Source of the DNA: an uncultured virus (IMG/VR IMGVR_UViG_3300025626_000018)
Lineage: Duplodnaviria; Heunggongvirae; Uroviricota; Caudoviricetes
Direction: 5' to 3' (one strand)
Virus record (IMG/VR): IMGVR_UViG_3300025626_000018
Span: 1-64,000 of that record
DNA: 64,000 nucleotides
The translations under genes and the position numbers were made by a program. Of the stretch, positions 1 to 10,157 are shown in pieces (position 1 is the first letter of the stretch; every line of letters begins with the position of its first letter). Below the pieces are notes generated by a model that did no database searches, was not told the DNA's origin, and worked only from the letters and a program-made list of their open reading frames with translations.

Positions 1-1
1 T

Positions 2-331
2 GCGCGCAGACAAAATAGATTATATATTCGTGGCGACTTTGCTGATAAAGATATTACGGCCGGAAAGTATTTAATTGTTGAATGCACTTCTGCAATTGAT
101 CCAGAAACTTTTACTTCAGTTTATGATGATAAATTTTTAAAAAAATATGCAACCCAGCTTATTAAAAAACAATGGGGGGCTAATCTTTCAAAGTTTGAAG
201 GTATGCAATTACCGGGTGGGGTTAGCCTTAATGGCCGGCAGTTATATGAAGATGCCGTAGCGGAACTTGAAAAATTAGAAGAAACTATTAGATTGGAATA
301 TGAATTTCCGGCAGACTTTTTTGTAGGATAA
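2..331 (+). CDS. gp13: Neck protein gp13, C-terminal part (truncated by window start)
   Basis: Open frame from nt 2 (ARRQNRLYI...KKQWGANLSKFEGMQLPGGVSLNG...YEFPADFFVG*); directly precedes gp14. Confidence 0.9.
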   Translation, partial: ARRQNRLYIRGDFADKDITAGKYLIVECTSAIDPETFTSVYDDKFLKKYATQLIKKQWGANLSKFEGMQLPGGVSLNGRQLYEDAVAELEKLEETIRLEYEFPADFFVG

Positions 332-335
332 TTTA

Positions 336-1250
336 ATGGCTACAAATATTCATTTCTCACAAAAAGTAAGATCAGAACAATTATTATATGAAGATATTGT
401 TATTGAATCTTTAAAGATGTACGGACAAGATGTATATTATCTTCCCAGAAGTATTACTGGCGAGGATAAAATACTTGGAGAAGATGTAGCATCAAGATTT
501 GGTAGTGCATATAAAATAGAAATGTATATTGAAAATACTGATGGTTTTGATGGGGAAGGTGATCTGTTTACTCGGTTCGGAATAGAAATCAGAGATCAAG
601 CTAGCTTTGTGGTTTCAAGAAGAAGATGGATACAAATAGCTCGCCGCGATGACAATGCACTAAATGAATTAAGACCACACGAAGGCGATTTAATTTATTT
701 ACCGCTATCAAATTCTTTGTTTGAAATAATGCATGTAGAGCATGAAAATCCGTTTTATCAGTTAAGCCATCTACCAACATTTAAATTGCGGTGTGAATTA
801 TTTGAATATGCAGATGAGGATATGGATACTGGCATTAATGCAATTGATTCTATTGAAGATCAATCATACGGTGTAATATTAACACTAGCAAATAATGCAG
901 ATGAAGTAGGTACAAATCCAGACTTTTTACCAGGTGAATTCATTGAGCATGAGCTTGCGTCAGGCAGTATTATTACAGCAGATGTGGTAGCATATAATAG
1001 TGATACAAATAAATTAAGAGTTACTAATCTTTCCCATGATAGCGCAGATGTTTGGGCAGAATTTGAAAGTGGTGGCACTATTTTGAATTACAGACCAGAC
1101 GGCACAATTACAAGGACAATTGCATCACTTACCGAAGACTTTGGCAATAATAATTATCAAATGAATGATGAATTTGATACGTCAAATAGTGTATATGATT
1201 TCTTAGATTTTAGCGAAGCAAATCCATTTGGTGATCCGGAGGATACATAA
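336..1250 (+). CDS. gp14: Neck protein gp14
   Basis: YGQDVYYLPR, F.RFG.EIRD, EGDLIYLP, ENPFYQL motifs; synteny. Confidence 0.93.
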   Translation: MATNIHFSQKVRSEQLLYEDIVIESLKMYGQDVYYLPRSITGEDKILGEDVASRFGSAYKIEMYIENTDGFDGEGDLFTRFGIEIRDQASFVVSRRRWIQIARRDDNALNELRPHEGDLIYLPLSNSLFEIMHVEHENPFYQLSHLPTFKLRCELFEYADEDMDTGINAIDSIEDQSYGVILTLANNADEVGTNPDFLPGEFIEHELASGSIITADVVAYNSDTNKLRVTNLSHDSADVWAEFESGGTILNYRPDGTITRTIASLTEDFGNNNYQMNDEFDTSNSVYDFLDFSEANPFGDPEDT

Positions 1251-2023
1251 TGTTTCAATATTTTTATCATCAAACACTCCGAAAAACTGTTGCAACTTTT
1301 GGTACAATTTTCAATAATATTAAAGTAATACGGGCTGATGCTAATGGAAAAGTTTTAAACCAAACCAAGGTTCCTTTAGCTTATGCTCCAAGATCTAAGT
1401 TTCTTGAAAGAATTAGAACTACTGATAATTTAGAAACAGATACTAAAGTTGCTTTAAAGCTGCCACGGATGTCCTTTGAGATTACTTCTATATCATATGA
1501 TGCCGAAAGAAAATTACCTAAAATGAATAATTACTATCGTTATACTGATAGTACGACTAATAAAAATAAATTTTTGGCACCTGTGCCATATTTGATTTCA
1601 TTTCAACTCAATGTATATTCAAAAACACAAGATGATGCTTTACAAATAGTAGAACAAATAATACCATATTTTGCACCTCAATATAGTATTACAGTAAAAC
1701 CATTTACTGAATTCACCGATATTAAACATGATATTCCTATTACTTTGCAATCAGTAACATTTTCTGATGATTTTGAAGGCTCTCAGGAAACTCGAAGAAC
1801 TATTATATATACATTAGACTTTCAAATGAATACTTTCTTTTATGGGCCAGTATATAATCAAGGATTTATTCGTGAAGCAATTACAGATATTGGAATTCTT
1901 GGTGATACTGCCGTAGATTCTGATGGAAAAATTGCAAGAATAACTGTTACACCATCTCCTGAAAATGTAACACCACCTAATGACTTTGGATTTAATGAAG
2001 ATATAGAGTATTTTAATGAATGA
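1250..2023 (+). CDS. gp15: Tail sheath stabilizer/completion protein gp15
   Basis: YFYH...FGTIFN, KVPLAYAP, LPRMSFE, QIVEQIIPYF.P motifs; synteny. Confidence 0.93.
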   Translation: MFQYFYHQTLRKTVATFGTIFNNIKVIRADANGKVLNQTKVPLAYAPRSKFLERIRTTDNLETDTKVALKLPRMSFEITSISYDAERKLPKMNNYYRYTDSTTNKNKFLAPVPYLISFQLNVYSKTQDDALQIVEQIIPYFAPQYSITVKPFTEFTDIKHDIPITLQSVTFSDDFEGSQETRRTIIYTLDFQMNTFFYGPVYNQGFIREAITDIGILGDTAVDSDGKIARITVTPSPENVTPPNDFGFNEDIEYFNE

Positions 2024-2393
2024 TTCTGATAATGTAAATAATGATTTTGAATATTCCAGAAAAACATATTATGACCTAATTGAAAAGGGTAATAATGCAC
2101 TTGAAGAAATGATGGAAGTTGCAAAAGCATTAGAGCATCCTCGCGCCTTTGAGGTTGTTTCTGGGATGATAAAAAATATTTCTGATGTAAATGATCGATT
2201 AATGGATTTACATAAAAAGAAAAAAGAATATAATTCAAAAGGCAATCAAAAATCCATTGAGGGCGGAACTACTAATAATAATTTATTTTTAGGTTCTACT
2301 ACAGATTTACAGCGAATGTTGCATGATGCTGCAAAAGCTAATGATATTATTGATATGGTGAAAGTTGATAGCAATGAATCAACAACTAAATGA
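2016..2393 (+). CDS. gp16: Terminase small subunit gp16
   Basis: HPRAFEV and NNLFLGSTTDLQ motifs; position before gp17. Confidence 0.9.
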   Translation: MNDSDNVNNDFEYSRKTYYDLIEKGNNALEEMMEVAKALEHPRAFEVVSGMIKNISDVNDRLMDLHKKKKEYNSKGNQKSIEGGTTNNNLFLGSTTDLQRMLHDAAKANDIIDMVKVDSNESTTK

Positions 2394-3366
2394 TTCTTAT
2401 AATGGTAATCAAAATGTAAAACGTGATGGTGTTACTCAGCAATTTACAAAAGAAGAAATTACTGAATATGCTAAATGTATGTATGATCCGGTTTACTTTG
2501 CAAAAACTTATTGCAAAGTAATTCATTTAGATCGTGGTTTAGTTAACTTTGAGCTATATCCATATCAAGAAAAAATGTTTAATCATTTTAATGATAATCG
2601 CTTTTCTATTGTTTTAGCGTGTCGCCAATCAGGCAAATCTATTTCTTCTGTAGCATATATTCTTTGGTTTGCTATTTTTCATAGTGAAAAAACTATTGCA
2701 GTAATGGCTAATAAGGGCGCAACGGCACGCGAAATGCTTGGTCGTATTACTCTTATGCTAGAAAATTTACCATTCTTTTTGCAGCCTGGTTGTAAAGCAT
2801 TAAATAAAGGAAGTATAGAATTTTCTAATAACTCTCGGGTTATTGCTGCGGCAACAAGTGGATCATCTATTCGTGGTATGTCAGTTTCATTATTGTATTT
2901 AGACGAGTTTGCTTTTGTTGAAAGAGCTAGTGAATTTTATACATCTACATATCCAGTGGTTTCATCAGGTAAAGATACAAAAGTTATTATTACATCAACT
3001 GCTAATGGTATTGGCAATGTTTTCCATAAAATATGGGAAGGCGCAGTACAAGAAACTAATAATTATAAACCGTTTAGAGTTGACTGGTGGGATGTACCTG
3101 GACGAGATAAAGAATGGAAAAAACAAACAGTTGCAAATACATCTAAATTGCAATTTGACCAAGAATTTGGTAATTGCCTTAAAAGTTCTTCCCAAATTAC
3201 TATTTGTATAAATAACTATATAGCAGAAATAACTATAGGAAATTTATATGAGTGTATCCAACGAGGATCAACATCTGGTTTATCTGTTGACGAGGAAATC
3301 AGACTCGCAGCAATACGTTGGTATAACGATAGACAGACGTATGAAGCAGAGAATGGGAGACCATAA
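2374..3366 (+). CDS. gp17: Terminase large subunit gp17, N-terminal ATPase half fused to split-intein N fragment (IntN starts at Cys, nt 3175)
   Basis: Walker A CRQSGKS, Walker B LYLDEFAF, TSTANG coupling motif; after FDQEFGN the sequence becomes intein block A-like CLKSSSQITI...ITIGNLY. Confidence 0.92.
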   Translation: MNQQLNDSYNGNQNVKRDGVTQQFTKEEITEYAKCMYDPVYFAKTYCKVIHLDRGLVNFELYPYQEKMFNHFNDNRFSIVLACRQSGKSISSVAYILWFAIFHSEKTIAVMANKGATAREMLGRITLMLENLPFFLQPGCKALNKGSIEFSNNSRVIAAATSGSSIRGMSVSLLYLDEFAFVERASEFYTSTYPVVSSGKDTKVIITSTANGIGNVFHKIWEGAVQETNNYKPFRVDWWDVPGRDKEWKKQTVANTSKLQFDQEFGNCLKSSSQITICINNYIAEITIGNLYECIQRGSTSGLSVDEEIRLAAIRWYNDRQTYEAENGRP

Positions 3367-3958
3367 AAGATCAAAAAGATTTCGCGAAGATGAATTTACT
3401 GTAGAAATACTAGAAAAAAGTAGTGATAGAAATTACATTAATGAACGTGAAGAATATTGGATTCGTAAATTAGACACGTTTAATAATGGTTTAAATGAAT
3501 CTTGGTCTGGAAAAGGACATGGGCACAATTCTCCTAATTTTACTACTGAAGGATATTTGTACTCAGAAGAATCGCGGAAAAAAATGAGTGAGTCTGCTAA
3601 AAAAAGAGGCGGGGGCTCAGAACAAATGAGACAGTTGTCTTTGAATCAATGGAAGGATCCAAAAATAAGACAACACCATTCAGAAATTAGAAAAGGTAAA
3701 AGGTTGAAACCACCGAAAATTTCTGATAAAAAAGTAATTGAAATTAGAACTCATTATGAAAAAGAAAAATTAAATTGTGAAAAAGAAATTAAAGAATACA
3801 ATGAAAATGCAAAGAAAAAAGGATGGCTTCAAAAAACTCCATCATCACATTTTGCAAGAAAATATGCAGAACACTATAAATGCTCAAATGTCACATTAAA
3901 GGGTATTATTGAATGGAAAACACGAACACACGTTCTCCCATCAATATACAAATCTTAA
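3248..3958 (+). mobile_element. Free-standing GIY-YIG homing endonuclease with NUMOD3-like DNA-binding motif, between the split terminase halves
   Basis: LVY...YVGIT, R..H, E..WI, NGLN catalytic pattern; YSEESRKKMSESAK; different frame, overlapping both gp17 fragments. Confidence 0.88.
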
Positions 3959-5037
3959 CACCATCCGGTTTTCAATCGTTTGATGGAGTAAAAAGATATT
4001 GGCATGAAAAATATTTAAAATTTATTTTTGAAGACAATACAGCTGTTGAATGCGCGGTTGATCACAGATTCATTATTAATGATAAAGAAGTCTATGCCCG
4101 GGATGTGCTCATAGGCGATAACATAGGTAAGATTGTATCGCGTATCAGTAAAATAAACGAAGGTGACTATTTTTATGATCCGGTAAATGTAGGTAATGGA
4201 AGTGTGTATAATCATGACCAAGGGTTTGTATCACATAACACTTTTTTTGGAACGGGCGATACTTTAATTGGTGCCGAAGTTTTGTTATCTCTTAGAAGAA
4301 AAGATCCAATAAACGTTACTCGGGATAATGTTTATGTATATGAGGAATCTAAAAAAGATCACCAATATATAATGACAGTAGATGTTGCGAAAGGTAGGGG
4401 TCAAGACTATAGTACATTTACTATAATTGATGTTAGTGTAAATCCATTTAAACAGGTAGCTACATATAGAGATAATCATATTTCTCCATTATTATATCCA
4501 AATATTATTTATAAATATGCTATGTCATATAATGAAGCAATGGTTGTTATAGAATCTAATGATGCTGGGCAAGTTGTATGTAATGGTTTATATCATGATT
4601 TAGAATATGAAAATATGTTTGTTGAATCGGCAGTAAAGTCTGGTTCACTTGGTATGTTAATGACACGCAAAGTTAAAAGAATTGGTTGTTCTTCATTTAA
4701 AGATTTAATGGAAAATAATAAATTAGATATTATGGATGAAAATACCATATTAGAAATTTCTACATTTACGGCGCGGGGGCAATCATATGAAGCATCTGAT
4801 GGAAATCACGATGATTTAGTAATGAATTTAATATTATTTTCTTATTTTGTTGGAACATCATTTTTTAATGAATTAACTGATATTAGTATTAAAGATTTGA
4901 TGTTTGAACAACGAATGAAAGAAATAGACGATGATATTGTCCCATTCGGTTTTTACGATGATGGGCAATCTACAGTAATTGATGATACTACATTTCATTC
5001 TAGTTGGGCTATAGAAGAACACCAGAATGATTGGTAA
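3913..5037 (+). CDS. gp17: Split-intein C fragment (109 aa, ending SHN at nt 4239) fused to gp17 C-terminal nuclease half
   Basis: ILTPSGF..F.G, block B DHRF, block F YD, block G VSHN|T; then DVAKGRGQDYS, VIESND and HDDLVM terminase nuclease motifs. Confidence 0.92.
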   Translation: MENTNTRSPINIQILTPSGFQSFDGVKRYWHEKYLKFIFEDNTAVECAVDHRFIINDKEVYARDVLIGDNIGKIVSRISKINEGDYFYDPVNVGNGSVYNHDQGFVSHNTFFGTGDTLIGAEVLLSLRRKDPINVTRDNVYVYEESKKDHQYIMTVDVAKGRGQDYSTFTIIDVSVNPFKQVATYRDNHISPLLYPNIIYKYAMSYNEAMVVIESNDAGQVVCNGLYHDLEYENMFVESAVKSGSLGMLMTRKVKRIGCSSFKDLMENNKLDIMDENTILEISTFTARGQSYEASDGNHDDLVMNLILFSYFVGTSFFNELTDISIKDLMFEQRMKEIDDDIVPFGFYDDGQSTVIDDTTFHSSWAIEEHQNDW

Positions 5038-5055
5038 AGTCTAAACTTAAATTCT

Positions 5056-5063
5056 TATAAATA
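5056..5063 (+). promoter_or_regulatory. T4-type late promoter for gp18
   Basis: Exact TATAAATA upstream of the sheath gene; gp55 present in the window. Confidence 0.8.
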
Positions 5064-5128
5064 ATAGTAATTGAATATAACCTTATTATGAAATACATAT
5101 AATTTTACTCTCTGCAAAGGAATAAGAC

Positions 5129-7108
5129 ATGGCCATAGGAAATCCATCTGTGTCACCAGCAGTTGTTACAAGAGAAATTGACTTAACCAACGGTGTACCA
5201 AACGCTAGCTCATCTACCGGAGCTATGGTTGGTAATTTTCGTTGGGGTCCAGTTGACCAGCCAATTCTTGTAAGCAACGAAGGCACACTAGTAAGCGTTT
5301 TCGGAAATCCTTCTGATGAAACATCAGTAGATTTTCATACAGCTTCATACTTTTTAAAATACTCTAATAGCCTACAGGTAGTTAGAGAAGTATACGAAGC
5401 CGGTACTGAAGCAACAGCAACAGCTGCAGTTGATTCTGACGGACTCGTATTAACACTCACAGTTTCAGAAGGCGGTGAAGATTATGTCACTGCCCCTGCC
5501 GTAACAATTACCGCTGCTGATAGCGGCGATACACCAACATTAACAGCTACAATTTCTGGGGGTGCGGTTACAGCGCTCACAGTAACTCCGGGCGCAACAC
5601 CATTTTTATACAATTCAAATCCAACAATTACTATTTCTGGTGGCCAAGGGTCTGATATTGTAAATGCTTATGGTGCCGACACTGCTCGTACCCCTACATC
5701 AATTCCGCTTGTTAAAAATGATGATAATTGGGATGTTCAAGAATCAACGCTTAAAGCAGCCAGCCATGAAATTATCGCGAGATATCCTGGCGCACTTGGC
5801 AATTCATTAAAAGTTGAAGTATGCTCCGATACCGGATTTGCTGCTTGGGCATTTAAAGGCGAATTTGATGCTGCTCCTGGGTTATCACCATTTGCTAGTA
5901 ATGTTGGCGCAACTGGTACGGATGAAGTACACGTTGCAGTAATTGATGAAGACGGCGTAATTTCTGGTACAAAAGGCAAAGTTCTTGAAACTTTTGCATT
6001 TGTTTCGGTTGCAACTAATGCTAAAACATCAAATGGCACTGGCAATTATATTTTAGATGTGATTAACAGAGGTTCGGCATTTATTCATATGGCGAATATT
6101 CCAGGTGTTGTTACACCAGCTCAAGCTGTAAACGGTGTTGTACACGCAACATTTACAGGCGCTGCAAAAGCTATTTCTTTAACAAATGGTAGCGATAGCC
6201 GGGCATTGGGTACCGCACAATATATTAGCGGGTTTGACCAATTTGCAGACAAAGACACTACATTGGTAGATTTCTTAATTGCACCTGGAATGGCCCTTGC
6301 TGCTGATCAAACAACCGTAGTTAATGATTTGGTGGCAAAAGTACAAGGTACTAATGGCAGAAAAGATTGCGTTGTTATTGCATCACCAAATAGAAACTCA
6401 GTAGTTGGTGTAGCAAAAGCTAATATTAATGCAGCAATTATTGCGAATGTATCCTTTACACGTAGTTCATATTTAGTAGTTGACAACAACTATCTAAAAG
6501 TCTATGATAAATTTAACGATAAATACATTTATATTCCAGCAGCATCTTCTACAGCCGGTATTATGGCTTCTACAGATCTTAATGCTGCTGCTTGGTATTC
6601 ACCAGCGGGTACACGCCGTGGGCAATATTTGGGTGTTACCGGGCTATCATACAATGCATCTAAAACAGAAAGAGATGAATTGTATAAAGCGGGAATCAAC
6701 CCTGTAGCAAATATTCCAGGAAATGGTGTATTGTTATTTGGTGATAAAACTCACTTAAACAGACCCTCCGCATTTGATAGAATCAACGTTCGTAGACTCT
6801 TCTTGTTGTTGGAAAGATCTATTGCGGCAGCGTCGCAAAATATTCTTTTCGAATTCAACGACGAATTTACTCGTGCAGAATTCTTAAATATTGTAGAGCC
6901 AGTATTAAGAGATATTAAAGGTAGAAGAGGTATCACTGATTTTTCAGTTATATGCGACGAAACCAATAATACCGGCGAGATCATTGATGCTAACCAATTT
7001 GTAGCCTCTATGTTCATTAAACCAGCAAGATCAATTAACTTCATCACTCTAAATTTCGTAGCTGTTCGCTCCGGTGTTTCGTTTGAAGAAGTTGTTGGCG
7101 CAGCATAA
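5129..7108 (+). CDS. gp18: Tail sheath protein gp18
   Basis: SPAVVTREIDLT, F.WGP, WYSPAG..RG, AFDRINVRRLF, IKPARSINFI. Confidence 0.96.
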   Translation: MAIGNPSVSPAVVTREIDLTNGVPNASSSTGAMVGNFRWGPVDQPILVSNEGTLVSVFGNPSDETSVDFHTASYFLKYSNSLQVVREVYEAGTEATATAAVDSDGLVLTLTVSEGGEDYVTAPAVTITAADSGDTPTLTATISGGAVTALTVTPGATPFLYNSNPTITISGGQGSDIVNAYGADTARTPTSIPLVKNDDNWDVQESTLKAASHEIIARYPGALGNSLKVEVCSDTGFAAWAFKGEFDAAPGLSPFASNVGATGTDEVHVAVIDEDGVISGTKGKVLETFAFVSVATNAKTSNGTGNYILDVINRGSAFIHMANIPGVVTPAQAVNGVVHATFTGAAKAISLTNGSDSRALGTAQYISGFDQFADKDTTLVDFLIAPGMALAADQTTVVNDLVAKVQGTNGRKDCVVIASPNRNSVVGVAKANINAAIIANVSFTRSSYLVVDNNYLKVYDKFNDKYIYIPAASSTAGIMASTDLNAAAWYSPAGTRRGQYLGVTGLSYNASKTERDELYKAGINPVANIPGNGVLLFGDKTHLNRPSAFDRINVRRLFLLLERSIAAASQNILFEFNDEFTRAEFLNIVEPVLRDIKGRRGITDFSVICDETNNTGEIIDANQFVASMFIKPARSINFITLNFVAVRSGVSFEEVVGAA

Positions 7109-7123
7109 AGATAGGAAAATAAA

Positions 7124-7669
7124 ATGGCTATTTTAGGCGTCGATGATTTCAAATCAAAATTAAAAGGTGGTGGTGCAAGACCCAATTTATTTAAAGTAGT
7201 AATGGGTTTTCCGGCATATGCAGGGGGCGATGTTGAATTAACATCTTTCTTATGTAAAGGGGCCAATCTACCGGCATCAACAATGGGTAATATTCCTATT
7301 GGATTTAGAGGTCGTCAAATACAAATCGCGGGAGACAGAACTTTTGAACCGTGGACAGTTACTATTATCAATGATACTGACTTTAGAATCAGATCTGCAA
7401 TGGAAAGATGGATGAATGGCATGAATGCACATAGTGCAAATACTGGCCGCACTAATCCGTTAGACTATCAAGCGGATATGGAAGTTCAACAGCTAGATAA
7501 AGATGAAACAATTCTTTATAGATACAAATTTAAGGGTGCATTCCCAACAAACGTATCGGCGATTGATCTTGCATATGATAATAATGATACTGTTGAGGAA
7601 TTCTCAGTGGAATTCCAAATTCAATATTGGGAAAGTAATGCTACCGGTGCTAATGGGCAGGTAGAATAA
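7124..7669 (+). CDS. gp19: Tail tube protein gp19
   Basis: GGARPNLF, GDRTFEPWTVT, EEFSVEFQ. Confidence 0.95.
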   Translation: MAILGVDDFKSKLKGGGARPNLFKVVMGFPAYAGGDVELTSFLCKGANLPASTMGNIPIGFRGRQIQIAGDRTFEPWTVTIINDTDFRIRSAMERWMNGMNAHSANTGRTNPLDYQADMEVQQLDKDETILYRYKFKGAFPTNVSAIDLAYDNNDTVEEFSVEFQIQYWESNATGANGQVE

Positions 7670-7702
7670 ACTACTTAATTATTGAATAAATAAAACTAAT
7701 GG

Positions 7703-7727
7703 AGGAGAAGGACAATCCTTCTCCTCT
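7703..7727 (+). terminator. Hairpin after gp19 (possible terminator or processing site)
   Basis: ggagaagga-caa-tccttctcc inverted repeat; weak U-tail. Confidence 0.45.
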
Positions 7728-7745
7728 ATAAGGTAAGGATAGAGA

Positions 7746-9269
7746 ATGGCTGATAATACTTTGAAAATTTTTGGGTTTGAAATTAAAAAAGCATCCCAGT
7801 CAAAATTAGATAATAATAGACTAAAATCTGTTGTTCCAGCAACCGATGAAGACGGGGCTGGTTATGTAACTGCGTCAGGCGGTCATTATGGTCAATATGT
7901 TGATATTGACGGAAACGCTGCTAAAGATAATTTTCAAATGATTTTAAAATACCGCGGGATTGCCAGTCATCCCGAGGTCGATGACGCTATTGAAAATATT
8001 GTAAATGAATCTATAATTTATGATGATGATAATAGTATTGTTAACTTGAATTTAGAAAATGTTGAAGTAGCTGATAATATTAAGAATCAAATTCAGGAAG
8101 AATTTAATGGTATTCTTAATCTTTTGAATTTTAAAGAAAATGCCCACGATATATTTCGAAGATGGTATATTGATGGTAGAATATACCACCATTTAGTTGT
8201 GGATGAAAAAAATGAAAAAATGGGAATTCAAGATATTAGATTCCTAGATTCTACTAAAATTAGAAAAATAAAAGAAGTCAAGAAAAAACGTGACCCGCTT
8301 ACTAATATTGATATTATTGATAATGTAAAAGAATATTATATTTATCAAGATAAGCCTGGAAGTCAACAAAATAAAAATGCAGTAAAATTTTCAACTGACT
8401 CTATTAGTTATGTAACATCAGGATTGATGGATGAAACAAGAACAAAAATTATTTCTAATTTGCAAAAAGCAATAAAGCCAGTTAATCAATTAAGAATGAT
8501 GGAAGATTCATTAGTTATATACAGATTAGCTCGTGCACCTGAAAGAAGAATTTTTTATATTGATATTGGCAATTTACCAAAAGGTAAAGCTGATGAATAT
8601 ATGAAAAATATTATGGCAAAATATCGCAATAAGCTAGTATATGATGCTAATAGCGGTGAATTAAGAGATGATCGTAAGCATATGTCAATGCTTGAAGATT
8701 TTTGGTTACCTCGTAGAGAAGGCGGCCGTGGTACAGAAATTTCAACCTTGCCAGGTGGTGAAAATCTTGGACAAATTGATGATATTGTTTATTTTCAAAA
8801 AAGAGTTTATAAAGCATTAAATGTACCATTAAATAGATTAGAGCAAGAAGCACAGTTTTCTCTTGGGAGGAGCAGTGAAATCGGTCGAGATGAAATTAAG
8901 TTTCAAAAATTTATTGATAGACTAAGAGCAAAATTTTCCGTTATTTTTTATAATATTCTAAAAAAACAATTACTTTTGAAAAAAATTATTACCGAAGGTG
9001 ATTGGGAACAATGGAAAAATGATGTTATTATTGATTTTTCACGTGATAATCATTTTACAGAGTTAAAAGAGTCAGATATATTAAAAGAACGTGTGCAAAC
9101 ATTAGATATGCTTAGTCAATATGTTGGTGAATATTTTACTAAAGAATGGGTAATGAAAACTGTTTTAAAGTTAGATGCAGAAGAAATTAAAATTCTTTCT
9201 AAAGATGTTGAAGATAGTAATGACCAAGATGCTGAAGAGGTAGAAAAAAATCTGCCCAACGATGAGTAA
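7746..9269 (+). CDS. gp20: Portal protein gp20
   Basis: RRWYIDGR, YRLARAPERRIFYID, EDFWLPRREGGRGTEI. Confidence 0.97.
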   Translation: MADNTLKIFGFEIKKASQSKLDNNRLKSVVPATDEDGAGYVTASGGHYGQYVDIDGNAAKDNFQMILKYRGIASHPEVDDAIENIVNESIIYDDDNSIVNLNLENVEVADNIKNQIQEEFNGILNLLNFKENAHDIFRRWYIDGRIYHHLVVDEKNEKMGIQDIRFLDSTKIRKIKEVKKKRDPLTNIDIIDNVKEYYIYQDKPGSQQNKNAVKFSTDSISYVTSGLMDETRTKIISNLQKAIKPVNQLRMMEDSLVIYRLARAPERRIFYIDIGNLPKGKADEYMKNIMAKYRNKLVYDANSGELRDDRKHMSMLEDFWLPRREGGRGTEISTLPGGENLGQIDDIVYFQKRVYKALNVPLNRLEQEAQFSLGRSSEIGRDEIKFQKFIDRLRAKFSVIFYNILKKQLLLKKIITEGDWEQWKNDVIIDFSRDNHFTELKESDILKERVQTLDMLSQYVGEYFTKEWVMKTVLKLDAEEIKILSKDVEDSNDQDAEEVEKNLPNDE

Positions 9270-9279
9270 GGAATAACTC

Positions 9280-10098
9280 TTGCTTAGCGCATATTTAGAT
9301 AAAGTACGATTTAGAACTAGTAGTGGTCGGGTTGGTGAAATATCATCTTTACAAGATGCAATAGTAATATCATATTTAGAACCGTATATTGATCTTACTA
9401 TAATTTTAGATAGTACCAATTTAGTAAATTCTGTCCGTGGCTGGGCTGGTGTTGGATCATATTTTAATGGATATCATATTAGTGGTAGATATGGTATACG
9501 GCTATACTTAGACAAAGCTGAAGCTGTATCAATCTCATTACAGTCATTTACTGCTAGGGATATGTTGAATCTCCAACTTGGAATTTTTCAAGCAGTTGGA
9601 TCAATTTTTACATTAAATGTTAGTAGAGCAGATGATCCAGAAGATGAAATAACTCCAACTGATAGCCAGGATATTACTATAATAGGCGCTGATAGTGCAG
9701 CATTTAATTTAGAAGTTGACTCTAGTGGAAATCTTATACTAGGAGATGGTCTTAATATAGGAAATTATTTGATATCCGGTGATTCAAATGATAATTTATT
9801 CTTTACTAATTTAACTGACGGATTGATTAAATTAAAAATTAATCCAAGTGAAGCAGATTTTGGACTTGGTGTTGATATAAAACAAAATGGCACTACAATA
9901 GATACATCAATTACTAATCTTATAAATGAGCAATATATACAATCATATGTAGATAGTACATATATTCAAACTGCAGCAAATGCTGCATATCTTAAGGGAA
10001 TTATTGATGGGCAATATATACAATCTATTGCGACTGAACAATATATTAAATCCTTTATAACTGAAACGTATATTAGAGAATTAATTGATTCACTTTAA
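9280..10098 (+). CDS. Hypothetical protein (TTG start) with C-terminal short YIQS-type repeats
   Basis: 272-aa ORF fills the space between gp20 and the next late promoter; AAGGAA before TTG. Confidence 0.6.
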   Translation: MLSAYLDKVRFRTSSGRVGEISSLQDAIVISYLEPYIDLTIILDSTNLVNSVRGWAGVGSYFNGYHISGRYGIRLYLDKAEAVSISLQSFTARDMLNLQLGIFQAVGSIFTLNVSRADDPEDEITPTDSQDITIIGADSAAFNLEVDSSGNLILGDGLNIGNYLISGDSNDNLFFTNLTDGLIKLKINPSEADFGLGVDIKQNGTTIDTSITNLINEQYIQSYVDSTYIQTAANAAYLKGIIDGQYIQSIATEQYIKSFITETYIRELIDSL

Positions 10099-10128
10099 CT
10101 TTTTTTGCTAAGTGAAGAACATTAAATG

Positions 10129-10136
10129 TATAAATA
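10129..10136 (+). promoter_or_regulatory. T4-type late promoter
   Basis: TATAAATA upstream of prohead core genes. Confidence 0.8.
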
Positions 10137-10157
10137 ATATCAAAGACGGAGAACATT

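Noticed and set aside
3175..4239. Group I intron or sequencing frameshift as the explanation for the split gp17
   Set aside because: There is no non-coding space for an intron core, the endonuclease ORF is intact, and both junctions carry intein motifs in the known split geometry
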